The position numbers and the translations under genes are program-made. DNA of 62,855 nt, the filler included, from Octopus bimaculoides (Eukaryota): the NCBI RefSeq assembly GCF_001194135.2. It is 4 parts of 4 records of this genome, joined end to end, with 100 filler letters (N's around TTAATTAATTAA, not from the genome) between each part and the next. Parts side by side here need not be neighbours in the genome. Positions count along the whole stretch, not along the records: positions 20,893 to 52,015 come from NC_068982.1; positions 52,116 to 62,855 come from NC_068983.1; 2 more parts are not named here. One strand, 5' to 3'. Under the pieces are notes generated by a model. It had not been told where the DNA came from and searched no databases. It saw nothing but the letters and a program-made list of their open reading frames with translations. Shown one piece after another: positions 48,911 to 59,842 of this stretch (positions are counted from its first letter, which is position 1; every line of letters begins with the position of its first letter).

Positions 48911-51900
48911 AATTTAGAAAACATTATTGTTGTAGAGGAACGAATGAGGGAATCACTAAAGACTCGGAGAAAATACTTTATTTAATCACTTAATCAAGTT
49001 TCTTTAAATTCTTAATTGAAATTTTACCCCGGCCGACTTTACCTTTCATCGTAAAGGGTTTGACACCAGTCGCCCAAAATATGTGTCCTTATGTCTAAGT
49101 TATTAACGATTATTATTAGTGAAGGAGTGGTGAATGACAAAACCAATAGCGTACTGGAAGAAGTGTCTAGTGGTATTTAGTTGCTTCCCTTTAAGTTCCT
49201 AATTCGAATCCCAAAAGCATCGATGTTGCCTTTCATGATTTTGAGATCGAGAAAATAAAATACCAGCGACGTTATGATTCTATATAACAGAACGATGTGT
49301 TTTCGCAGTAAACAAGACCTCGTGATTATACTAGGCGTTAATTTAAACGGCAATATAAATCTCAGCTATGACTTTGTCTTAGTGTCAGAAGTAATTACTA
49401 CATTGATCTTTATGCGTTTTTATAGAACCTGTACAACGATAGACTAATTGTCTGCCATTGTTTAGGTCTGTCATTTTATACCACAAGTCCAAATTTTACA
49501 AAGAGTTTTGATTTTGCCATTCTTTCTTCTACCCCTGGATCGATAAAATAAGTACTAAAATCAAACCGGAATCAATATTCATTGATTATAAATCCATCTA
49601 TCAATAGATTTATGGCAATGTTACAATTAGTTTCCTAACCTTAGCACAAAACAACAATATTTTGGACACGAGTAAATTCCATTATCTTTTGACTCCTACA
49701 CATCTATAAAACATATTTTATGAACGCGGACAAATTAATAGCAACATCAATATTGGTGGTAAATGAACAATAAACGTGATATGATGTAACATTATGTTTT
49801 AAGATATATTGTCAGGTATTTAATGGATTACGTTATCTAATCTATCAACCTCAATAATATAAATTTCTAACTTTGTCATAAGGCCGCAAGATTGTGTAGA
49901 TAGATATGAACCGCAAAAGCAACCTCAATCTGTGTGTGTGTGTGTGTTTACGTGCGCGTGCTTATGTGTCTAGCGAAAAGCCACATCAGGTTTCTTTATA
50001 AACTACAAGTGATTTTTTTCTGTTTTTTTTTTCTCTCTTTTGTCATATTTAACGTGAACATATTGTGAATTTTAAATTAAATTAAAAACCGGAAAACCTG
50101 AAAGAAAAACGTTGCAACATTCTATGGATTCAGCACAAAAAAGTGGTATAAAAATCCCGAAATGTTAGCACCAACCAGTGTGTAGGCATAAGCAAAATTT
50201 AGGTTAGCGAAAATATGTTTGTGACATATCTCAACTACTAAAAGGCAAATTCACTGCAGTTACCCTGAAGAAAATATCTCTCTTATGGTGAAAAGGTGTG
50301 GAGACACCCGGTTTTTTCAGCGTCGCCATCTATAAGGAACAACAGTGACTGATTTGGGCTGATTTGCGCTGGTAGATTGTTATTTTCCTCGATTGGGCGA
50401 TCTACCAGCGCAAATCAGTCAACGTTGTTGACTGAAGTTTACATAAAGCTATTGCTTTATAAGTTTTTTTCAGAGAGGCCACTCTTAAGTATATCCCATT
50501 GAAAAGTGTAAAAAACTCGAAATGTCGATGTCTGGGATTCCAGATAGATGGAGACACTGAACAAACCAGATTCTTCACAACTTTTTACCATAAGGGATAT
50601 TTTCGTCACGATAACTGCAGTGATTTTTGCATTTTTGCGGTTGAAATATTTCAAATATATTTTAACTAACCTAGATTTTACAATAAAAATCAGTTATCTT
50701 TATTACAGGGTATCAAATATTTTCTTTCGCAGTTTTATCATTACTAGTTTTTATACAGCGGCAGCTATCAGAATCATTAGAGCATCTGGTAAATGCATAG
50801 AGGTATTTGTCCCGGGTCTTTACCATTCTAGTTCAAATCCCAATGTGGATAAAATTTTCATTTCAAACCAGTGGAATTGGTAAACTAAAGTTCCGGTCAA
50901 AAGTATAGAGCAAGCCCCCTACTCAAAAATTGTATCTAATCCAGAGTCAATATCACTTCCATTATTTATGTTCCTCCATCTGCCTTTTATTTTCCTGTCA
51001 ATTGCATTTAAAGAATTTTTCTAGAAACTTCTTTATCATTAATATCTTTTGCATGTTATCGATTTGAGTAATTAGACAGTGCTGGGTTTCCAAATATCTT
51101 TAATGATTTTTCTACAAACTACTTTTTCCTTAAGATTCAGTATATTATATCGATTTTACGTAATTAGACAATGTAAGTTTCGAAATATTTTAGACTTAAT
51201 GTTTTCCAAATGCAGAAAATATATATTTCTCATCTTCTAAGAGTTATATTGAAAACGCAAGTGCTAAAGCTGCCTAAGTAACCAGAAAATCAATGTCACT
51301 TACATACTTTTAGCAGCTGGCTCTTCAATTATTATTTACCTTTATAATTAATGCAGTGGATTTGAGATAACAAAAAAAATAAACAGAATTTAAAATCATG
51401 TTCCTTGTGATCATACTGCATTAAATATTCAACTAAAATCGTGTAAGAATGGCCGGCTGGGAAATATTTGTGCATAAAACAAGCTGGAACATCTGTTATC
51501 TATCAAACACTTTTACTAAATGCAACAGGAAAATGCAACTACACAGAGCAAAAGTTCCCTTCGAAAATATCTGGAATTTGTAAAATAGTTCCTGTAAGAA
51601 AGCATCTTTAACAATCAGAAAGGCATTACCGAACGTAAGGTAATATCTTTTGTCATTAATCTTTCGACAGCCATACTGTGGCACCGCTTTGAATTATCTT
51701 AATCGAACGAATCGACTCTAGTATTTTTTAAAAGCCTAGTACTAATTTTATCAGGCTCTTTTTGACGAACCGTTAAGCTACGAGGACATGAACAAACCAA
51801 AACTGGTTGTTAAGCGTGAGGTGTGGATAAACATACATATACACATACACACACACGTATACACGTATATATAATATATATAAATATAGAGATAAATAAA

Positions 51901-53289
51901 TATATATATATAAATACATATATACATACATATATACATATATATACATACATATATATATATATATATGAATATACATACATACATATGTATATATATA
52001 TATATATATATATATNNNNNNNNNNNNNNNNNNNNNNNNNNNNNNNNNNNNNNNNNNNNTTAATTAATTAANNNNNNNNNNNNNNNNNNNNNNNNNNNNN
52101 NNNNNNNNNNNNNNNTTGTACTTTTTTGTACTTCTTTGTAAAAAAACATTTTCATTCTCCTTCTTCTTGATAATTTGCTTCATCGCAATGAAAACCGGTT
52201 AGAAAAAATCTTTATTAAATTATGCTCCCAGTTCAGCATTCTGGCTTTTTTTCATTTTCTTATATATATATATATATATAATTGAGATTCAGATGAAATT
52301 AGGTACTAGAGTTGAGGCACCATAAATTAGTGCGGAATTATCCGTACAGTTTCATCTTCATTTATTCATCATAGCTATTTCTATCACAGTGTTTGTTAGC
52401 GCCCCATAAAGTTGATTGGCACATATTCAATATTATTCAAAAGTTTCCATTTCGTTTCGTTCTTAATACTGAGAACTGCTAGCGCGGTATTTAGTACTTT
52501 GTATAGAATTTTGGTTTGGCACAAGGTTTTAAAGTTGAACAATCTACTACAACATATTACAAGTGAAACCTAAAATCGGTCCCGGCTTGATTTGAAATCA
52601 AAAAATAAACATGAAAATACTGATATTTATCTCTGAAAATCGGAAGTTACACAACAGTCTGTGCCAGTCAAATACCGGAAGTTACACATAGTTTGACCTT
52701 CTTAAGGTCTGTATATGTTTTAAAGTTAAAATATTGAATTACTCCAATGTTAGTAATTTGAAATTAAACTGAATAAACTCTAGTGAAATCACAGGGGAAT
52801 TAGAATATCAACGTTTTGTTCTGCTGTATGTTTTTAAATATTACAACTTAAAATTTGAAATAATATAAACCCCGTGGTAATGCAAGCCGTCTATGACGGT
52901 GCAGTAATGGAATATCCAAGAAGAATCATGGGATAAAATAATGCAGACGATAGACAAAACGCAACAGAAAAAAGAAGACGAGTAGAAAATATAATAATTT
53001 CTGGTGAGGAGTGGAGAAACAGAAAAGAATTGATAAAGGTCATGAGGGAAGAAAATAGGTTGATAGTGGTTTTACATCATTTACTGCTTGTCATGGCTTT
53101 GAAGGAATGACATCTATGTAGCAAACGATTAGATATAAAATTATATTTTAACAATTTTATCAACCTCTACACGATAACGTCCATATTTGGTTAATACCGT
53201 GTTATGTTAAAATAATCATTTTACACTAAATTCACTCGGTTCATATCAAGGCTTGCTTCCTCCTTTCTTTCCTTCTCTATGTCTCATCT

Positions 53290-53528
53290 TATCTTTTATC
53301 TTTTACTTGTTTCAGCCATTAGACTGCGGCCATGCTGGGACACCGCCTTTAAAGGGTTTTGTGGAACAAATCGACCCTTACCTCGTACCTTTTTTTAAAG
53401 TCTGGTACTGATTTTATTCGTAACTTTTGCTGAACCGCTAAGATACAGAGACGTAAACAAATCAACACCGGTTGTCAAGTGGTGGTGGTGGGGGGGGGAC
53501 AAACACAGACACAAACACAGACACAAAG

Positions 53529-53582
<54 letters not shown>

Positions 53583-53714
53583 ACAGACAGACATACATAC
53601 AAATATACACACGACGGACTTCTTTCGGTTTCCGTCTACCAAATCCACTCACAAGGATTTGGTCGGCCCGAGGCTATATAGTAGAAGACACTTTCCCAAG
53701 GTGCCACACAGTGG
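53290..53714 (-). mobile_element. SINE family A (5' head missing)
   Basis: Reverse-complement tail, body and microsatellite; ends at CCCAAGGTGCCACACAGTGG. Confidence 0.85.
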
Positions 53715-53740
53715 CAAGCGTCCTCTACTATAGCTCAGAC

Positions 53741-53971
53741 CAGTGATTCCCAAATTGGGCGGTATTGTTCCCCTGGGAGCGGTGAAAAATTCCAAACGGG
53801 CGTTGAAGAAAAGTGGGGTTTATTAGGTAAAGTTTTATTTGTGAAATACAGTTGCTTTGAGTTTGCTTCAGAAAGAGGTCTATGTTTGTGAGGGTTAGTT
53901 GGGGTGGGGGTGCTAGGAATGTGGCCTGGGTGTCAAGGGGGCGGCAGCCCAAGAAAGTTTGAGAAGCACTG
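53741..53971. mobile_element. Second, older copy of the hAT MITE, inserted into a + strand SINE A
   Basis: TIRs CAGTGATTCCCAAA / TTTGAGAAGCACTG; internal homology to 46414-46709 (CGTTGAAGAAAA, TAAGTTTTATTTGTGAAATAC, TAGGAATGTGGCC); diverged TSD GCTCAGAC / TTCTAGAC. Confidence 0.85.
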
Positions 53972-54104
53972 TTCTAGACCAACCAATGCTCGTCGTATAT
54001 ATATATATGTATATATACATACATGTATGTGCATGTGTCCGTTTGCTTTCCCCCCACACTGCTTGGTAACCGGTGTTGGTTTGTTTACGTTTCCTTAAGT
54101 TACT

Positions 54105-54451
54105 GGTTCGTAATCCAAGCTTTCCTGGTCAAGAACAACAGACCTCTTGTTCGACAGGCTCCCTCTCCTACCGACTTGGCACTGTATGACTTCTGGCTTT
54201 CCCCCAGAACTGATAACCACGCTGCTAAGGAAGCGATTTCAGTCATGAGAGGAAATTATGATAAAAGCGACGGCGGAGCTCCATACTATTCCGGAGAAGG
54301 CGTTCCAGAGATGCTACCGGCAGTGGCAGAACCGCTGGTTCTGTGTGGCTCCCGAGGTTAGTGTTTTGCAGGGGATTATATTAAACTTTGTAGAATGTAC
54401 AAAATTGTTATTTTTATGTCAAAAGGTTAGATACATTTTGAACACACCCCG
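54105..54451 (+). mobile_element. Mariner transposon 3' fragment with right TIR
   Basis: QAFLVKNNRPLVRQAPSPTDLALYDFWLSP (cf. PYSPDLAPxDFWLF), MIKATAELHTIPEKAFQRCYRQWQNRW; terminus TTTTGAACACACCCCG followed by TA. Confidence 0.88.
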
Positions 54452-54943
54452 TAGATAAAGAGAGAGAGGGGGAGAGGGGGAGAGATATGGATAGAATTAT
54501 GTAGAACGCCTACTAAGCCACAATATGAATGAATGTTAGCAGAATATTCCAGTCAAGGCCTCAGTAAAATGTAGGCTAAACAGACGAGACATAACGATCA
54601 CAATCGGAGAAAAGCAAAACACAGAGTGTGATAATTGGTTGTCCAGCAGACGATAGCATAATGTTGAAGATGAAAGAAAAATAAGATATCTGTTGCCGAA
54701 CTAATGAGGAATCGGTGAATACTCCGCTCCGTCTATGAGTTTAGATGCATATTTGTAATTAGTGGAGCGTTTGGTTATACGTAACTATCTCAGCATCAAT
54801 TTTGAAAGGTTTCTTAAAACCAGAAAGGATATGGCTAATTAAGATAATACAATTACAGACCATTATTAGAATTGTGGAAATAAATAAAATATTCAATATT
54901 ACATACATTTACATGCGTTTAGACATAAACACACACATACATA

Positions 54944-55012
<69 letters not shown>

Positions 55013-55635
55013 NNNNNNNNNNNNNNNNNNNNNNNNNNNNNNNNNNNNNNNNNNNNNNNNNNNNNNNNNNNNNNNNNNNNNNNNNNNNNNNNNNNNNNNN
55101 NNNNNNNNNNNNNNNNNNNNNNNNNNNNNNNNNNNNNNNNNNNNNNNNNNNNNNNNNNNNNNNNNNNNNNNNNNNNNNNNNNNNNNNNNNNNNNNNNNNN
55201 NNNNNNNNNNNNNNNNNNNNNNNNNNNNNNNNNNNNNNNNNNNNNNNNNNNNNNNNNNNNNNNNNNNNNNNNNNNNNNNNNNNNNNNNNNNNNNNNNNNN
55301 NNNNNNNNNNNNNNNNNNNNNNNNNNNNGATAAATTGAATATTAATTCAATTTAAAACCAAGTAGCCTAGTATATAAAAAAACTGCAGTCCATAGATAAT
55401 TCTTTATTCTGTATATTTCTTATTTTGTCCTGTTCTGGTGTTTTTACTAAATTTTTCTGGAGAACATTATTTTTCTTTGTGGTTGGGTCGTTGATGACCT
55501 CTTTCTAGCATATTGGATGTCCACCTAGTAGTCATCCCTTATACACGTGTAGTATATATATATTGTATTTAATCAGCAGAAGCTTCTAAAGTTATTCAGA
55601 GGCCGAGAGTTCGTTACATAAAACTTATCAAAAGT

Positions 55636-55945
55636 TTGCTGTCCATGTATGCGACCGTTGTTCACCACTTTGATGACATCTTAGATGCACTAAGTGGAGG
55701 CTCCAACGCGGATATCATACAGCTTGATTTCAGTAAGGCCTTTGACAGAGTCGACCACAATATGCTGTTAAGGAAACTATCAAACGCTGGAGTTGGTGGG
55801 AAGTTACTTCAATGGATTAGGTATTTCCTAACAAACAGGACCCAGCGTGTTGTGGTTGGTGGCATCCACTCAAGATCAGCAAAAGTCATCAGCGGAGTCC
55901 CGCAGGGTACTGTGCTGGATCCACTTCTTTTTATTGTCTATATCA
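55636..55945 (+). pseudogene. CR1/L2-group LINE reverse transcriptase fragment
   Basis: DIIQLDFSKAFDRVDHNMLLRKL...WIRYFLTNRTQRVVVGG...SGVPQGTVLDPLLFIVYI; truncated by a microsatellite before YADD. Confidence 0.92.
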
Positions 55946-55959
55946 TATGTATATATATG

Positions 55960-56004
<45 letters not shown>

Positions 56005-56010
56005 CGCGTG

Positions 56011-56042
<32 letters not shown>

Positions 56043-56737
56043 TGAGTATGTTAGCTATTAGCGACAAAAACAGACTTTGTAACAAAATATTAATTTGCAT
56101 ATCCAACTTAACTTGGATCTGTTGTTTTAAATGCTGTAAGCTGCAGCTGTTGTCCTGAGCAATCATCACGTATAGATGCTGAATGCCAAAAAGCTTAGAT
56201 TATATCGGCAGATGAAATTTCGTTAACGCCGTCGGATAAGGTTGCTGTATCACGTGATTTCAGCGTATCCTACTATCGAATGCCAGATCGAAATTATGTC
56301 TGAAATGACACGACGGGAGAAAAGAAAAGGCTGTCGAATATTACATCTCCTATGTGACCGGCTGCAACTGATGGGGCACACAAAACAGCATGAGCTAATA
56401 CACGTAAACAGGAAATAGTAAGAGAGAGACAGGTGACACTCAGCTTGCTTGTAATTTGGCCAGCATCTTTATCTGTCTCACAGGCCTCTCTCTCTTTTTC
56501 TCTCTCTCTCTCTCTCGCACACACACACACACACACACATACACACATACGCACAAACACTTCTAACCGCCACAAACACTTCTTTCTCGGCTTTATTTTC
56601 TAATTCACTCTTATTTATTTCCCACCATATTAATTTCTTTCTCTCCCTGTTTCTCTTGTCGTTTTACATACATTCTTAAATATTTCTGTCTCTCGCTATA
56701 TTATATAAAACATATACTTTTGAAATATTCGTTTCAA

Positions 56738-56930
56738 ATTTTGGCACAAGGCCAGCAATTTCGGGGAGGAGATTAAGTCGATTACATCAACTGGTACTTA
56801 ATTTATCGGTCCAGTAAGGATGAAAGGTAAAGTCGACTTCGGCGGAATTTGAACTCAGACCCTAAAGACGGATGAAATGCCGCTAAGCATTTCGTCCGGC
56901 ATGCTAACGGTTCTGCCAGTTCACCACCTT
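56738..56930 (-). mobile_element. SINE family B
   Basis: Reverse-complement family B sequence. Confidence 0.85.
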
Positions 56931-57289
56931 ATGTAGTTTTAAAATAATGTGACGAATTATGTAGGGGAAGCTGCAATTGGCTGAAGATTTAGTGTCCATC
57001 CCTACCAATAATGCAAAAGGACATGGAGCCCAACCGACATTTTCACATCCGCTAAAAATCGTGGACATCGAAACAGCTGAGGAAATACATTAAGAAAGGA
57101 TTCCGGTTTAGCCTGGCAAAAGACACTGCGATATCGTAATATATTGCAATACTTCAGTGGTATAGTCTGAAGAAAGACAAAACATTCGCTTGGTCGTCAC
57201 AACTGGAAATATTGTAAATATAGAAAGCAGTTCTATCTTGTAGTTATTGATTTTATTTCGAGTTATTATTATGAAATAACATGGAAAAG

Positions 57290-57465
57290 CGGTGAGCTGC
57301 CAGAATCGTTACCACGACAGGCAAATAGCGGTATTTTCGTTAGTCTTTACGTTCTGAGTTCAAATTTCATCGTGGTCGACTCTGCCGTTCATCCTTTCGG
57401 AGTTGAACACTGGGGTCGATGTAATCGATTTAGCCCCTCCCCCGAACTTACTGGCCCTTTGCCAA
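57290..57465 (+). mobile_element. SINE family B
   Basis: GCGGTGAGCTGCCAGAATCGTT...CTGAGTTCAAATTTC...GGGGTCGATGTAATCG. Confidence 0.8.
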
Positions 57466-57523
57466 AATTATGAAATATCATGGTGGTATAATTGATCGAG
57501 AAGACATGCTACTTTATAATTAT

Positions 57524-58508
57524 AACAAGAGCACTCAAAGAGCACAAACCTCCGCCAAGGCAACACCAACGTCCTCTCAATGATTAGCCGGAGATGATTT
57601 TTAAAATGAGAATATCTGAAATAAACTCAACTGCTCTCACAAACAAGAATACTAAAATGGAACCCGACCGCTCTCAAGAATTTAGTATCAAAACAGGAAA
57701 AATAATCCAGAATTCTTGTCCGGTACCAGATCGATCCCAATGAAAGTCATGGAATGTGAAGGAGTGTGTTTGCAATGCTGTGTGTGTGTGTCGTCTGCAG
57801 TGGGAACAGAGACAGTTTTCTCTATGAAGGCCTTTTTTAATCTATCCACTGATATCGTGCCTTTACGACCATTAAGGTCTACAGCGAAAAATTTATCTGT
57901 GTGAAAGAAAACGGAAAGGACCTGCATACGGTAAGTCCAAAAAGTAAAGCTTCCTTCAAGGCAGAGCTGGAAATGCAACTGTCAAGTAGGTAAGAGGTTT
58001 TAAACAGGAGTGATATATTTAAAATTGGTAAAACTAAAAATTGTTGAGGAGAAATTAAATTTATTATTGTTACTGAATATGTCAGTGTTATTTAATTTCT
58101 GAACGGTTTTGCTGGCGTTTGTTTATGTTGTTTGATTTCTTTATCCATCAATTTCTACTATGATAGAGATGTGAGTAAAATTAATAATAGAGAAACGAAA
58201 ATAAAACTTTGTAAACAGCAACGCCATCATAACTCGTGGAAACCAGGAGTGTGCTTTCAAGGGAGATAATCAGAGAATGATTAGAAAGTGAACGTAAGAT
58301 CGTAATACTTTATCTAAAGTAAAGTAAATATAACAAATAATCCAGAATCCTTGTCCGGTACCGGATCGATCCTAAAATCTAATCAGTTCGTGCCAGTCAC
58401 GAGGCTAAATATCCTTGAAAGTTTCATCCGAATCCATCCAGCGCTTCTTGAGATATCTTGTCCACGGACAAACAAACACGACTGAAAACGATACCTCCGC
58501 CTCCGCTA
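57524..58508 (+). mobile_element. Non-autonomous Helentron/HINE-like element with an internal foreign segment
   Basis: Starts ACAAGAGCACTCAAAGAGCACAAACCTCCGCCAAGGC and ends ATACCTCCGCCTCCGC (ACCTCCGCC at both ends); ~38-bp direct repeats at 57701-57738 and 58336-58372. The class assignment is inference. Confidence 0.45.
57800..57960 (-). pseudogene. Gypsy/Ty3 integrase C-terminal fragment
   Basis: FHTDKFFAVDLNGRKGTISVDRLKKAF, cf. the Gypsy ending GPF.V...DK.F.+DLNGR..T+S+DRLKPAF. Confidence 0.7.
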
Positions 58509-58532
58509 TATATATATATATATATATATATA

Positions 58533-58692
58533 TGACGAACTTTTTTCAGTTTCCGTCTACCAAATCCACTCTCAAGGTTTTAGTCGACCCGAGGCTATAG
58601 TAAGAGATACTTGCCCAAGGTACTACGCAGTGGGACTAAATCCGAAACCATCAGGTTGAGAAGCAAACGTCTTACCACACAGCCACGCCTGC
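58533..58692 (-). mobile_element. SINE family A, 5' half
   Basis: TTTCCGTCTACCAAATCCACTC...CTTACCACACAGCCACGCCTGC. Confidence 0.85.
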
Positions 58693-58819
58693 AATTATAA
58701 GAATAAAATTTATAATGAATGAAGTGACTAACGGTTCGAATCTTATCAAGCAGTTCATCTAAGAGCAAACATGTAACGCGTACAAGCAAGCGTCATCACA
58801 GTAAAAGTGGTGAGTTACT

Positions 58820-59262
58820 CTTTGACACGTTGGCTCGTTGACTCCTTCACTAGTTGGCTCGTTGGCTCGTTAACTCACTGTCTCGTTGACTCGTTGACTC
58901 GCTGACTCGTTGACTCGCTGACTCTTTGATTCGTTGACTCGTTAGCTCGTTAACTCGTTAGCTCGTTGACTCGTTAGCTCGTTGACTCGTTAGCTCGTTG
59001 ACTCGTTGATTCGTTGAGTCATTGGCTCGTTGGCTCTTTGACTCGTTGGCTCTTTGACTCGTTGGATCGTTGACTCGTTGGCTCGTTGACTCGTTGAGTA
59101 GCTGGTTCGTTGACTCGTTGGCTCGTTGACTCGTTGACTCGTTGACTCACTGTCTCGTTGACTCGTGGGCTCCTTCACTCGTTGACTCGCTGGCTCTTTG
59201 ACTCATTGGCTCATTCACTCGTTGGCTCGTTGACTCGCTGGCTCGTTGACTCGTTGACTCGT
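58820..59262 (+). repeat. 8-bp minisatellite (GTTGACTC / GTTGGCTC variants), roughly 55 units
   Basis: Directly visible octamer periodicity. Confidence 0.92.
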
Positions 59263-59741
59263 AGTGCTGAGGCAAATTCTGCCCACGGTGAAGGAAAATA
59301 CTTGAGGAAATGGAGTAAACGATAGGGGGAGTTTGTTATAGTCTCACATCTGTTTATTATTAGAGAAACTGAGAAAAACAGTAGGTCATTCCTCGGAGAA
59401 CAGATCTTTGAAGCTTAAGGGACGAATGCGGGATGTGATCTACAGATGTGTAGAAAATAAAACTTCAGTCACTGTAAATAACGAAATAAAAAACAAATTA
59501 GTACAGATAGTTTTGTTCTTTAATAAACATGGAATGGGAATATACGAGGTATGTTCAAAAAACAAAAGCAACTTTGGAGTAAAGATTGTTTGCCAACATA
59601 ACATGACAGTCCTGGTTTAGGGCGAATGTTGCTGTAATTTAGCCCCAGGAGACATTGTCTCCAGCTGGCTATATGACACGATCTGTATCCTTATATTTTC
59701 CAACAAGGGAATCTAACACCCCCACTCAGCTCAAAACAATA

Positions 59742-59785
59742 TCTGTGTATCGCGATTTCGGGTTATTTCTCTTCATCAGCACAGA
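59742..59785 (-). ncRNA. Minimal type I hammerhead ribozyme candidate (AUA site), left arm
   Basis: Minus strand: TCTGTG CTGATGA A GAG-AAATAA-CCC GAAA T-CGCG-A TA CACAGA. Perfect 6-bp stem I, extendable by CAAT/ATTG; palindromic stem III ATCGCGAT; one A-C mismatch in stem II. Confidence 0.8.
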
Positions 59786-59797
59786 ATAATTGTTCGG

Positions 59798-59842
59798 CTG
59801 GAGCAGATGAAGGGAAACAACCCGGAAATCGCGATACACAGA
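59798..59842 (+). ncRNA. Degenerate hammerhead motif, right arm
   Basis: CTGGAG CAGATGA A GGG-AAACAA-CCC G GAAA T-CGCG-A TA CACAGA: U4>A core change and damaged 5' strand of stem I. Confidence 0.55.

Noticed and set aside
57160-57230. CTGAAGA...GAAATATTGTA with partial stem I
   Set aside because: Irregular stem II and no proper stem III; consistent with chance.
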